64,000 nucleotides of DNA from a virus (lineage: Duplodnaviria > Caudoviricetes). Positions 10,037 through 20,900 of the stretch are shown piece by piece. The translations under genes were made by a program, and so were the position numbers. The notes beneath the pieces were generated by a model. That model did no database searches and was not told the DNA's origin. It saw nothing but the letters and a program-made list of their open reading frames with translations. Within the stretch, counting starts at the first letter, position 1, and the number at the start of each line of letters is the position of its first letter. The DNA lies in IMG/VR virus record IMGVR_UViG_3300046710_000151, positions 12,584 through 76,583 of that record; one strand, given 5' to 3'.

Positions 10037-10296
10037 CGATAGGGCAAATCACCCAGCTTTCCGCTAATTTCACCCCTGCTATGCCGAGGCCAAACTTGGA
10101 GGCAATCATGCTGGCCGCGCTCATATCGGATAAAGCTGGTGACGTACCATCGAAAGACCAGGCGGATTTGGCATTTCTCCGTTGGCTGGAAATCAAAGCG
10201 CCCTGGACGATGCAATGGTGGCGCGCAAATTACCAGGCGGCTTCGGTGTTGGCCGTAGGCGAGTGGGCTCTGGTGATTTCCAAGGCGACGGATTAA
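10033..10296 (+). CDS. hypothetical protein
   Basis: ATGA-coupled 87-aa ORF. Confidence 0.45.
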   Translation: MTIGQITQLSANFTPAMPRPNLEAIMLAALISDKAGDVPSKDQADLAFLRWLEIKAPWTMQWWRANYQAASVLAVGEWALVISKATD

Positions 10297-10321
10297 CCCA
10301 TGGCGCGTGAAGTCGTAGCGG

Positions 10322-10513
10322 TCACGGTGCAACGCGCGATCCTGACGCCAAATCCAGGACGCAGAGCAACGTAACCAGAAAGCATATCACCGCAACGATC
10401 CTCACGGACGCATGTGCCGAATGTGAAGAGAATCGAGTCTCCGCGCTGCCGACCAGTTCAAGGCATCGGAGCAAAATGTATCCGCCAACCATCACGCCAA
10501 TTGTAGGAATCAT
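10322..10513 (-). CDS. small two-TM membrane protein (antisense moron)
   Basis: MIPTIGVMVGGYILLRCLEL...VAVICFLVTLLCVLDL, two hydrophobic segments; opposite strand to the tail operon. Confidence 0.5.
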   Translation of the reverse strand: MIPTIGVMVGGYILLRCLELVGSAETRFSSHSAHASVRIVAVICFLVTLLCVLDLASGSRVAP

Positions 10514-10569
10514 AAACGGAATCAGTATCTCACGATTCTGGCCGCCGGTGGTATCGCTGGAGAGTTTCC

Positions 10570-11010
10570 ATGGCGCGTAAACGGTTTGCAACCAAGATCA
10601 CCCACGCCCGGTTCGTTTACGGCCCTTTCAGTAGTGAGGTCATGGCCCATCTTGCTGGAGGCTTGCGGGATTCCATGAGAGGCCGCATTGCACAGGGGTT
10701 GAACGCCAACGACCAGCCAGCGAAAGAACTGTCGCCCGGTTGGGCGAAGCAGAAGGTGGCTAAGGGGAAGATCCCTATCCGCAATTGGACGATGACGGGA
10801 AACACGATGCGCTCCATGGTGGTGCTGTCGGCCAATGAAAATCGTGCCGTGATCGGATTCAATAATCCCGTAGCGGGAAGAATCGCGCGTTTTAACCAAC
10901 GTCGTGAAGACGCTTTCGGCGTATCGTCGCACGATAATCAGAACCTTATGGTGGACGTTCGCGCCACAATGCAACAGGTCAAGGTTGTTACGGTAAGGAA
11001 AATCGCATGA
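10570..11010 (+). CDS. basic tail-completion-like (HK97 gp10-like) protein
   Basis: Basic; TG.TMRS and VIGF motifs typical of neck/tail completion proteins. Confidence 0.45.
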   Translation: MARKRFATKITHARFVYGPFSSEVMAHLAGGLRDSMRGRIAQGLNANDQPAKELSPGWAKQKVAKGKIPIRNWTMTGNTMRSMVVLSANENRAVIGFNNPVAGRIARFNQRREDAFGVSSHDNQNLMVDVRATMQQVKVVTVRKIA

Positions 11011-14000
11011 ATGATCCAAACAACCCGCAGGTGGTTCTTGAAATCGACGAATCGCAGGTCGTCCAAGGGACCGCGAATGCGAACACTGCGCTCGACAACT
11101 ACGACAAGAAAACCGCCGCGTCTGTGGGGAGAGCTGGGAAGGCGTTCGAAGAACACGGCGGTCTGGTGGTCAGGACCTCCGACCGGACGCGGACCGGCCT
11201 GAAGCGTCTGATCGAGACGTTCGAGCAACAAAATGCCGCCTTCGGAAGATCGCCGGTAGAGCAACTTGGCGCGAAATACGATCTACTCACCAAGCGCCTG
11301 GCGGGCAATGTGGATATGCTCAACCGGGCGGCCAAGGCCCACACCGAGTTGAGGGACAAGATGCTGGCGGCACAGAAGGCCGAGTCGTCCATCTTGAGCC
11401 CCCAGGGTCCTGCCGGGATGTCAATACGCGCCGTACGCGACATCGCGGAAGGGCGGATCTCCTACGGCATCGCTACTGGCGCTGGGGCCGTTGCTGGAAT
11501 GAGCGGTGCCCTTGGCGTCGTCACCGGTCTTGGTATCGCACTGGGAGCCCTGACGATTGCCGGATATAAGGCTGCCGAATCTCTCGCAAGAACTGCGGTG
11601 GAAATCCGCGACGTGCAGGCGCGTACCGGTTTCACTGTGCCCGAGGTAAACCAGTTTAGCTTTGCGGCCAAAGCCGTAGGCCAAGACATCGGCGTCTTTG
11701 AGAAGGGAATGCGCGGTCTTTCTCAGGCGGCGGAAGATCAATCCTCCGCTGGTGACAAGGCGCGATCCTGGATGCTCAAGTTCGGCATCGACATCCGTGG
11801 CGTACGCGACGGTTCAGTCAGCACCGCTGAGGTCATCAAGCAACTCGCCACTGGCCTAAATGGTATCCCCAACGTCCTTGAGCGCAACAAGGCCGGGATG
11901 GACATCTTCAAGCGCGCGTGGCTGGAGATGGCCCCGGCGATCTTGCACGTGGCGGACAATATCGAGACGGCCAAACAGCAAGGATTTGGCCCGAGCGAAA
12001 GCGACGTGGCGCGATTCATGGAGCTGAATCGGCAGATCAATATATACCAGGGCCATTGGGCCGATCTGATGCGCGATTTCAAGGAAGGACTGGTAATTGA
12101 GGTAAAACTGATTGGCAGTGGTGCAAAGTTGCTGCTGGGAGGCATGCCGGGCGAAGCTGGAATCAGCGACGCGGCTTACGAGAAATTTCAACGCGACTCC
12201 GCTCTATCGAATGAGATCAAGGCCGCCAAACCTGTCCTCGGGAACTGGGGTACACACGTTCCGCCAGATGAAATCGGACGTCTGACAATGGAGCGCACTC
12301 ACGCTCTGGCAAGGCTCGATTCTGGTACGGCTTTCGACCAAGAAAACGCGACCGGGCAGCAGGCGGACGATCTTAAGTATGCGGCTAAACTCCAGAAACA
12401 AATCGAGGATCTTCGCAAAGGGACCGATGCGGCAAGTTTGGCGCGCAAGAAGGCGGAGCGAGATTCGGAAGATGACGCTATCCGCGCTTACGAACGCAAC
12501 CAAGGCCCGGAACGCAAACTTAAAGAAGCTGAGAAACGGTTGAGTGGGCTCCCGGAGATTCAACTCAATGTGAGCAGTCCACAGGACAGGATAGACCGTA
12601 TAAAGGCAGAGCATGATGTCGAAAGCGCCAAGGCGGCGGTCAAAGCGTTTGACGAGCAGAAAGCCATTCGAGAGAAACTTCGCAAGGCGAGAATCACGGC
12701 GGCCGAAGAGGACGCGAATCCGTTTGGTATGCTCCCCACTGAACGCCTGCGGATGGAGAATGCGAAGGAACCAGGGGCAACCCCGGCTTCAATCGCCGAG
12801 TTCCGCAAGATCACCCAGCCCCAACTCGACAGGGATCAGCAAAAACGCGACGATGCCGCCACCACATTGGCCCGTCAGGAAGAAATCTCCACCGCCCGCG
12901 AACTGCTGCATATCAAGCAGGCGGTGGGCGCCGAAACGCCGATAACCGATTTGGGTAAGAATGGCGTGACCGCGCTTGACGTGGAGAAGAGCATCAACGA
13001 GCAATACGACCGGCGCGTGAAGGACGCGGCGGAACTGCGCCAGCAGGAAATTGGATGGGCAACGGAGAAGAAACTGGACCTCCGGGATGAGGCAAGTTGG
13101 ATCGCGCGCAATCTGGCGATTCAGAAAGCCTGGAGTACGGAAGACATTCAGAACGCCAAGTCCCGCGCCGATCAGGAGAAGCAAATCTCCGATCTCCATG
13201 ATAAGGACCGGGACAAAACGCGCCAGTTCAATGAGTCGATGAGCAAGGTCCTGGCCGGCGACAAAGAGGCGGAGATCAAGCACGCTGCCGATCTGGCCGC
13301 GCGCACGGCGGAGTTGCGATTCAGGGGCGATAACCCTGCTGCCGGGATCATGGCGGACCTGGCCATCAGGAAGCAGGAAGCGGTGGCGCTAAATGCCGAG
13401 ACGGAACGGCAGCTTGCGCAGGACTACGCCGACAAGCTCATCAATTACGACCAACTGAGATTGGGAAACGCCAAGGCGCTGAAGGACCTTCACGACGCGG
13501 ACGGCAAGGCTCAAGAGGAAGCGCAGTATAAGCTGCTGGAAATGCAGCAAAAGCAACTCGACGCCATCAAGGGCACAACGCAAGGGCTGCTGCACGGCTT
13601 ATTCACCTCGCCGTCCACCTTTGGAAAACAACTCGGCGACACGCTCCGCGACGCGGCATTGAAGCCGATAGAAAGCGGGTTGAGCGAGATAATCGCCAAA
13701 CAGTTGCATCCGGTGATCTTCGGCTCGACTGGCACGGGAGGCATCGCCGGCGGGATCTCCGCCAGGCTGCACGGCCTCTTCGGCACCTCGGGCACGGGAG
13801 GCATCGCGGATGTCCAACTGACACCGCTGGGCTATGTGCCGGTGGTTGTCATGGGCACCGAAGGCGGCTTGAGCCTCGCTGGGGCCTTCAGTCCCGCCGT
13901 CAGCACGTTCAGCCGGTTGACCGCGGAACTCGCTGCAAAACGAACCACCGCGCTCCCAAGCGCAGGGCTGGGCATTCTTTCGCCTTTCCTCAGCCTTATC

Positions 14001-15548
14001 CAACTCTTCAAGCGGGCTCAATCGCCCGTAGAGCAAATCGGTCTCGGCAAGATCGACGCTGCTGGTATGGCGCGCGATTCCTCCGGTTTGGTCCTGAGAG
14101 GATTGGAGCAGAGTGGCGGATTTAGTAGCGCAGCGAGCACGTGGGCGCGGCTGGCGGACGCGGTGTCTGGTTCAAAATTCGGAGGGAGCCCGAGCGATAC
14201 CGCTGGAATGATTACTGCTGGGAATATTGATCTAACAAAACGACCAGTCGTCACCAACGCTGACGGATCAATCAGTACGGTACGCTCCATTTCCGTCAAC
14301 ATCGACGGAATGGAAACTCTCATTCCTACCGTTACCGATGCGGGCCGGATCGTCTCGAACGCAAAAGCGATTGACATCTTTCGGCAGACAGGGCAGCATC
14401 TTGGGCAATTCGCTACATCCGTTGCGGCGGACGCATATGCCCAGATATTACATGAACGGCAGGCGGCGCTGTATCTCCCTACGCCGCCTACTGAGCAAAT
14501 CGGCCTCGGCAAGATCGACGCCGCTGGACTGCCGCGCGATTCCTCCGGCCTAGTGCTGAGAGGGCCGGGACAGGCCGCCCTCGATCCACTGAGCAGCGCC
14601 ACAGGGTTGAACACTACGGCTACGGACTTGAATACCAAAGCCCTCGACGATCTGACGGCGCTGTTGGCTGAAGCGCGAGCCAATGCGGTTTCGGCATCGA
14701 GCGGCGGAGGCGGGTTCAGCAACGTGGGCGCGGGCTTCAGCAGCGCGGCATCCACCTTTGCCCGGATCTTGGCGGGCGGGGGTTCGGGTGGCGAAGTGAT
14801 TGGCGGTGGGGATTCCACGGCTGGGCTAACGCAGTTACCGGGCGGTCTGTGGCAACGCGGTCCGGTGGGCGGCGGCGCGGATGTTGGGTATACCCCTACG
14901 AACTGGGGATCTGGTGAGGGTAATGGTTCGGAAACCTACGGCCTGCCCACAGATAATCAGCGAAGCGGCGGCAACAGCGGAGAGGGCGGCGGTGGGATGA
15001 CGCTGGGCAAAGGGGTTGGCCTCGCTGGTATGGCTGTGGCTGGCGGCTTCGGCATCTACTCTGGTATCCACGCCGGCGGGGCGCAGGGCGCGCTTACAGC
15101 AGCGGGGAGCGCGGCGGCTATGGCTGGCGGAATCACTTCCCTGCTTATCCCCTCTCTGTCTGCCACCCTCGGACCGATTGGCATGGCACTCGGTATGGGG
15201 CTCGGCATTGTGAGCACGCTCCTGGGAGATCCGAAAAAGAACCGGGCAGCGGAGATGGACACTTGGCTCCAGCGTCATCAATCCTCGCTGCCGGACCCGG
15301 TGTCGATCGAGCGGGATACTCGAGGGCGGGATGTTTCCTACAATATGCAGGGGAACTTGCGGCCCATTCAGCAGTACACCACCAACAACAATACAACCAC
15401 CACGAACAACGTCTCCGCAATCGACTCTCAGGACGTGAGCCGATTCTTTGCGAATAACGCGGCCGCGGTGAACAAGGGTGTGGCGCGGGCCATAGACGAA
15501 GGCGGGGAGATGGTGCCGAAGCTGGCGAGCGCGATGGGGCTGCAATGA
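11007..15548 (+). CDS. tape measure protein
   Basis: 1513 aa, helical/coiled-coil, Gly/Ala-rich hydrophobic C-terminus, follows the chaperones. Confidence 0.85.
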   Translation: MNDPNNPQVVLEIDESQVVQGTANANTALDNYDKKTAASVGRAGKAFEEHGGLVVRTSDRTRTGLKRLIETFEQQNAAFGRSPVEQLGAKYDLLTKRLAGNVDMLNRAAKAHTELRDKMLAAQKAESSILSPQGPAGMSIRAVRDIAEGRISYGIATGAGAVAGMSGALGVVTGLGIALGALTIAGYKAAESLARTAVEIRDVQARTGFTVPEVNQFSFAAKAVGQDIGVFEKGMRGLSQAAEDQSSAGDKARSWMLKFGIDIRGVRDGSVSTAEVIKQLATGLNGIPNVLERNKAGMDIFKRAWLEMAPAILHVADNIETAKQQGFGPSESDVARFMELNRQINIYQGHWADLMRDFKEGLVIEVKLIGSGAKLLLGGMPGEAGISDAAYEKFQRDSALSNEIKAAKPVLGNWGTHVPPDEIGRLTMERTHALARLDSGTAFDQENATGQQADDLKYAAKLQKQIEDLRKGTDAASLARKKAERDSEDDAIRAYERNQGPERKLKEAEKRLSGLPEIQLNVSSPQDRIDRIKAEHDVESAKAAVKAFDEQKAIREKLRKARITAAEEDANPFGMLPTERLRMENAKEPGATPASIAEFRKITQPQLDRDQQKRDDAATTLARQEEISTARELLHIKQAVGAETPITDLGKNGVTALDVEKSINEQYDRRVKDAAELRQQEIGWATEKKLDLRDEASWIARNLAIQKAWSTEDIQNAKSRADQEKQISDLHDKDRDKTRQFNESMSKVLAGDKEAEIKHAADLAARTAELRFRGDNPAAGIMADLAIRKQEAVALNAETERQLAQDYADKLINYDQLRLGNAKALKDLHDADGKAQEEAQYKLLEMQQKQLDAIKGTTQGLLHGLFTSPSTFGKQLGDTLRDAALKPIESGLSEIIAKQLHPVIFGSTGTGGIAGGISARLHGLFGTSGTGGIADVQLTPLGYVPVVVMGTEGGLSLAGAFSPAVSTFSRLTAELAAKRTTALPSAGLGILSPFLSLIQLFKRAQSPVEQIGLGKIDAAGMARDSSGLVLRGLEQSGGFSSAASTWARLADAVSGSKFGGSPSDTAGMITAGNIDLTKRPVVTNADGSISTVRSISVNIDGMETLIPTVTDAGRIVSNAKAIDIFRQTGQHLGQFATSVAADAYAQILHERQAALYLPTPPTEQIGLGKIDAAGLPRDSSGLVLRGPGQAALDPLSSATGLNTTATDLNTKALDDLTALLAEARANAVSASSGGGGFSNVGAGFSSAASTFARILAGGGSGGEVIGGGDSTAGLTQLPGGLWQRGPVGGGADVGYTPTNWGSGEGNGSETYGLPTDNQRSGGNSGEGGGGMTLGKGVGLAGMAVAGGFGIYSGIHAGGAQGALTAAGSAAAMAGGITSLLIPSLSATLGPIGMALGMGLGIVSTLLGDPKKNRAAEMDTWLQRHQSSLPDPVSIERDTRGRDVSYNMQGNLRPIQQYTTNNNTTTTNNVSAIDSQDVSRFFANNAAAVNKGVARAIDEGGEMVPKLASAMGLQ

Positions 15549-15763
15549 TTCAACTACTTCTGGCTTTCTCCCTTGGAATTGTAGTGGGCTTTTTTATCGC
15601 GCGCAACACGCGTTCCCCGTTTCCACAGGAGCGGGAGCCGTGCAGGGTCACGAATAACGTCTGTGCTCTCGACGCCGAGTCTGTCAATGCGGCGGTGGCG
15701 CGTGCTGTCGATGTGGACGGTGAGATGGTGCCGAAGCTATCGAAGGCGCTGGGGCTGCAATGA
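15545..15763 (+). CDS. small protein whose C-terminus copies the tape measure C-terminus
   Basis: Ends VARAVDVDGEMVPKLSKALGLQ versus TMP VARAIDEGGEMVPKLASAMGLQ. Confidence 0.5.
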   Translation: MIQLLLAFSLGIVVGFFIARNTRSPFPQEREPCRVTNNVCALDAESVNAAVARAVDVDGEMVPKLSKALGLQ

Positions 15764-16035
15764 CGAACCTGTTGCTATTTGGAAAAGGCTTTTCGACCTG
15801 CCCGCAGACGGACCATCCGTACTGGCACTGCACCTGTGAATCCGTGCTCGCCTTCGAACTACAGCGTAGCGAGCGGGCCGTTACTTTCACTTGGCAGATC
15901 CGGCTATTCGGGTACGGCTGCTGGGGATATTTCCGGTGGCTGGTGCGGAAAGGCAGATGTGCGCGAAAGCCGGATGTCACTTACCTTCGGTGGATGCTCC
16001 GGGACGGTCTGGTTATTCTGCCGCTGAAAGCGTAA
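15760..16035 (+). CDS. hypothetical protein
   Basis: ATGA-coupled 91-aa ORF. Confidence 0.4.
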   Translation: MTNLLLFGKGFSTCPQTDHPYWHCTCESVLAFELQRSERAVTFTWQIRLFGYGCWGYFRWLVRKGRCARKPDVTYLRWMLRDGLVILPLKA

Positions 16036-16036
16036 C

Positions 16037-17251
16037 ATGGCCGGCGCCTTCCCCACTCTCGCGCACGGGCAGACCACGCAATCGGGTCTGGTGCATAAAC
16101 TGGAAATCCGTGCGGACATCCAGCAGTTCCGCTCCGGCGCAGAGCAGCGGTACGCGATCTCGGGACTCCTGAACGCCTTCACTATCGGCCTGTCAAACCT
16201 GCGCTGGTCGGAAGTCCAGGACATCCGGGATTTCTTCATCCTCCAACTGGGTGCCTTCGATTCGCTCTGGTCAATCACCCTGACGGACCCGGCCACTGGC
16301 ATATCCAGGCCCTATTTGAACATGGCGCTGGATAGCGATGAACTCTCTGTGAGTGAAACCAAGCCGGCGCGCTATTCGGTCTCGTTCGATGCCGTGCAGA
16401 CCGTGGGGGAGACCGTAAGCGTCAGCTTGCAGCCGATGTTTCCACTGCTCGCCACGGGAGCCAAATGGCAGTTGCCCTCCAGTTCGGTGCTGAAGTTCAA
16501 AACCGACCGCAACGACCTGGAAGCGGGCAAGCGCATCAGCTATTACGTCTGGCCAGGACCGGCGCACAAGTGGACGCTCGACTTTTCGCTCATCACGGAC
16601 GCGGAACTGGCGACGTACGTTTCGCATTACTTGGGGCAGGGTGGCCCGGTGAACCCATTTAGCTTCGCCGATCCTGACACGCTAGAGACATACGAAGGCT
16701 GCCGTTACGCCCTTGGCGGTATCGAGATCACGCGCCGGTCTCGTGATGCGAACCGACTGAGGCTGACGATTGAGGGGCCTCCCGGCCCGCCGCTGCCTGA
16801 AGCGGAACCCATGTCGGCAAACCTGGGTTTCTCGCTGACTACCTCGTGCCCGGACCCAGCCACGTGGGCCACGCTTTGGGGGCCAGATGCTTTATCGTGG
16901 GGTGCCGGGAGCGGTGGTACATCCGCGTCGGTGAATCTGTCGGTGTCGCCTTCCGGACTGAGGGCTTTCGTACTCAATTTGGCTTTTGGACACTCAGAGT
17001 TCTGGTGGGCGCCAGGTTTTTTGGAGACCGGATCGCTTGCCGAAGCGGCGCATGCAACCGTGTCCGGAATTCACCTCGAATGCACCTACGCAGATGGCTC
17101 CGTCAGGATCAAACGGCCTCGTCATTCATCCTCAAGTTCGGCGGGAGCTTGGGGGACCGCATCGGCGTCTAGGACTGGAGCAACGTTCGCTATCTGGCAC
17201 ACGAGCGGACTGAGTAATATGGTCGGCGCCCAATTTAGAGATTTTGCATAA
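16037..17251 (+). CDS. distal-tail (Dit/gpM-like) protein with two similar domains plus a C-terminal extension
   Basis: Two MFP-type beta domains (FF....G....F...DP pattern) directly after the tape measure; last ~155 aa are duplicated at 22110. Confidence 0.55.
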   Translation: MAGAFPTLAHGQTTQSGLVHKLEIRADIQQFRSGAEQRYAISGLLNAFTIGLSNLRWSEVQDIRDFFILQLGAFDSLWSITLTDPATGISRPYLNMALDSDELSVSETKPARYSVSFDAVQTVGETVSVSLQPMFPLLATGAKWQLPSSSVLKFKTDRNDLEAGKRISYYVWPGPAHKWTLDFSLITDAELATYVSHYLGQGGPVNPFSFADPDTLETYEGCRYALGGIEITRRSRDANRLRLTIEGPPGPPLPEAEPMSANLGFSLTTSCPDPATWATLWGPDALSWGAGSGGTSASVNLSVSPSGLRAFVLNLAFGHSEFWWAPGFLETGSLAEAAHATVSGIHLECTYADGSVRIKRPRHSSSSSAGAWGTASASRTGATFAIWHTSGLSNMVGAQFRDFA

Positions 17252-17373
17252 CGTCTGAATCTTTCCAAGGAGCAACACATGTTTACGCACAGTATCCAGC
17301 GCACCTACAACGACGGCATCACAAACACCGGCGGCGTGGAAACGGTCACCGCCGATAGCACACGCAACTTTGA
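16786..17373 (+). repeat. 588-bp direct repeat, copy 1
   Basis: About 12 mismatches versus 22110-22697 by manual alignment. Confidence 0.95.
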
Positions 17374-17677
17374 CGGTACCGTGCCGGGGTCCGGTACTCC
17401 CGACTACGAGATCGATTTCCCTCTCACCCGTGCGAACCTTAAATCGGTCTGCATCTCGACCGACAAGGCGCTGACCATCTGGATCAATCACTCCAGCGAG
17501 GACGTGGGTGAGGACATCGCGGTCCCGGCCGGGCAACCGGTGATCTGGAGTCTCGCGGCCAACGGGCTCGATAGCTGCCCGTTCGTAGACGACGTGACCA
17601 AACTGTACGTCACCGTCGTGGGAACCGCCCCGGCCATCCTGAAGATCCGGGCCTTGAGCGATCAGACGCCGGCGTAA
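17279..17677 (+). CDS. conserved hypothetical tail-region protein
   Basis: RBS AAGGAG; 132 aa beta-rich. Confidence 0.6.
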   Translation: MFTHSIQRTYNDGITNTGGVETVTADSTRNFDGTVPGSGTPDYEIDFPLTRANLKSVCISTDKALTIWINHSSEDVGEDIAVPAGQPVIWSLAANGLDSCPFVDDVTKLYVTVVGTAPAILKIRALSDQTPA

Positions 17678-17886
17678 GGAAAGAGCGCCCGGCATTCGTC
17701 AATTGTCATGGGGTACTCCGAGTTATAGCAGCCTTCCATCGCGCAACTCTGCCAATGATGCGCCCCTTCGTGGCCTGCGGGGCGGTTGCAATAGCAACTC
17801 AGCTTTCGGGGGTCGGGGTCCGTCGGCTTCCGGTGATCCTTTCCGCACGTCGCCCCGCATGTTCGCTTGTCCTTCTGATCGTCCAT
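17662..17886 (-). CDS. small Cys/His-rich antisense ORF inside the inverted-repeat segment
   Basis: MDDQKDKRTCGATC...CYCNRPAGHEGAHH...; reads through the left repeat as MTIDEC. Confidence 0.4.
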   Translation of the reverse strand: MDDQKDKRTCGATCGKDHRKPTDPDPRKLSCYCNRPAGHEGAHHWQSCAMEGCYNSEYPMTIDECRALFPYAGV

Positions 17887-17926
17887 AAACCCAAGTTTAC
17901 TACACCTAAATGACAATTGACGAATG
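17693..17926. repeat. perfect 17-bp inverted repeats flanking a 200-bp segment
   Basis: CATTCGTCAATTGTCAT at 17693-17709 and ATGACAATTGACGAATG at 17910-17926. Confidence 0.9.
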
Positions 17927-20900
17927 TAAGGAACTGGTAGCTACCCACCAACCGCTGCTGCTAATCACGATCACCTTCCGGTCGGGTCTGGCCTCGGCGA
18001 CGGCTACCATTTCCTCGGGCGGCGCAATCGACTCCATTGGGGTCGATAACGGCGGGGACAGCTACGTCTCCCCGCCCTACGTGACCATCCTGGGCGATGG
18101 AGGCGGGGCCATGGCAACCGCAGTCGTCACCGATGGCGTGGTCACAGGGGTGACCGTCGATGAGGGCGGGGTCGGCTACACGTTCGCCTTTGTCGTCTTC
18201 GGTGACGTGCTCTTTCTCAGTACGAAGGATGTCACGTACAACGGCATCGACTACCAGGGCCGGTTGAGCGATTTGGACTTGGAAGCGGTGCAGATGATGT
18301 CCGAGTCGGGGGTGGACGTGCCCGCTTCTCTCACCCTGCACATTGCCGATGCAGATGCGGCGCTTTACCTGAATTGGGAGGAAGGCGACGGCCGTGGGTT
18401 CCGGGGCGCCAAGGTGGAAGCCCGCATCGTCTTCTATGACGTGCTCAGTGGGACGTTCTCCGAGGATTCCGTTGTCCGGTACACCGGCATTTGCGACCCG
18501 GCGACGCCAGCCGACGAAGCGATCCTGGAAGTCCGAAGCACCAACCGGCTGAACGCCGGGATGAAGATGCTTCCCACGGAACTGATCCAGAAGTACTGCT
18601 GGAAGATCCGCCCGCGAACCGCCTGCCAGTGCGCCGAAGCCGACACCCCCGGCTCCCAGTATTATCCGTGCGGTATCACCGACCCGAATGCGGCGGAGTG
18701 CAACACCACGAAAACAGGATGCGCCGCTGCTAACAATTCCCCCCGATTCTCCGGCGTCGCGTTCGCTCCCCTGCAAAATGGCGGGTATGGCCGGGAATAT
18801 ACCTCTGGTGCCTGGGTCCAGTTGTTCAACAACGCCAACGTGGCCAAGTACGGGCAGCCGTGGCCATTGGTGCTGGGCCGGGGTTACGTGGAGCCCCCCG
18901 TTCTGAACATGCGGCAGGACGGAAATTATACACGAATGGATGTCGGCCTGTGCGTCGGGCACATCGACACCGGCCGTGATGCGACGGTTGCCATGATTGT
19001 CGCAGTCAACGGCGTGCGCCTTCCGCCGGGCGGGTATGACGATCCGAGCCTGGGATGGGTGGCTCTGAATCCCGGCAATGTCGGCTGGTGGAACTGGGTC
19101 GGACGGGGCTGGCGCGATGGAGTTATCAATCCGGGGACCGATCCATACGGTTCCGAGGCCACGATTGAATGTGTCATTCCGCAAAAGGCGGCTGGCGGAA
19201 ACACCGTACCGCAGGTGTCCGTACTCTTCACCGGACCGATGCCTGGCGCCCCGTTTCAGGGGCCCACTCCCGACGTTCCGGTGGACAGTCCGGCATGGCA
19301 TCTCTACGACATCCTGCGGCGCACAGGCTGGGATGCGAGCGAACTCGACTACGACTCTTTCGCGGCGGCCGCCCACATCTGCTCCGAATTCATCGCCTAT
19401 AGTTCCCAGTACGGAACCACGCCAGGCGGGTCTGGAGTCACTGGGATTACGCTGACCAACCATGGAACCCGCTACACGTTCAGCCCGACGGTGACCATTG
19501 TCGGTGGCGGCGGGACGGGTGCCACGGCGGTGGCTTACGTGGTTGATCCGCAAAGCTATAACCACAACGGAATTGGCATCATCCAATATATTGAGGTCAC
19601 CGATCCTGGCTGGGGGTATACCAGCCAGCCCTCCGTCGTCATCACCGATCACTATGGATCGAATGCCGCGGCCACCGCCAGTTTTTCTGCCGATGCCGCC
19701 AACCCGCTGCACGTTCGCTATCGATCGAATCTCATTATCCGCGAACGCCGCCAAGCGTCGGAGATTATCCGGGGAATCCGAGGGAACTTCGCGGCGCTTT
19801 TGCAGCCGAACAGTGCCACGGGGCAACTCGGCGTGTTGGTGAGGGGAACGCTGGCCGCGCAGCAGCCGATCCCTCAGCCTGGTTCCAATTACAACGATGC
19901 CATCATGAGTCAGTTGCGCGATGGCACGCCAGCTAACGGGTATCCGGCCTATCATTTCACGGAAGACAACACCATCTCCATCAAGGGCATTCCCCGGCCG
20001 ATCAGCGGCACGCCAAACCGGCTGGTTTTCCAATACCAGGATGCCGAAAACCAGTTTGCCGCGACCTCTATGGGGCTGGTCGAGTCCGATGACGTGGAGC
20101 GTATCGGGCAGGAGGTGGCGGCAACCGCACAAATCCTGGGTTGCGCCAATACCGACCAGGCAACCCGGCTTGACCAGATGGCGCTGAAGGAAAGCCTGCG
20201 GGGTAATGCCAACGGGGATACCCGTGGTACCCGCTACTTCGAAATCCAGACATCGATCCGTGCGATCCGCGTGGGGCTCGGCCAACTGGTCATTGCCACA
20301 TGGGTGAAGCGAAATCTCGATCAGCAGCAGCTGCGCGTGATGGGTGTGCAGGGGCCGAACAAGCGCGGTGTCATCACCATCACGGCGGCATGGCATGACG
20401 ATTCCTGGTACGTGGATGCGCTCCTTCAGAAGCCCGCAGACGGATATTCCAATCCTGGAAGGAACAAACTGGCGCGGGCCTCTTATCCGGTGTGTCCGGA
20501 TATGGTGGGGCCGCGGGCGGCTTCCGGTGGAGAACTTCAGGGCGATCCCCTGGTGGATGAAACCGACCGGACCTTTGCGGTCCTGCCGATCTACGACGTT
20601 TCGACAGACGGCGTGGTGCTGGCAAAGATGCGGATTCGGACCAAGATCGGCGTCAACCAGTTCGGGTCGGCCCATCCGCCGCAGACCGGAATTCAAGCCT
20701 CTACCTCGGATTCGGGCGGAACGCTTGCCTCGGGGCTCTATTACCTGGCACTATCCGCCCGCGATGGAAACGGAAAACTCTCCACTCTCTCCCTGATCGC
20801 TTCAAGGCACATGCCGGAGGGTGTAACGACGGGCTCCATTATTCTGCCCGTCCAGTGGTGGCACGCAAGCACTGCGGGGTGGGAACTCTTCGCCGGCCGG

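Noticed and set aside
17961-20696. 911-aa minus-strand ORF
   Set aside because: Antisense shadow of the tail-tip gene in GC-rich DNA; no motifs
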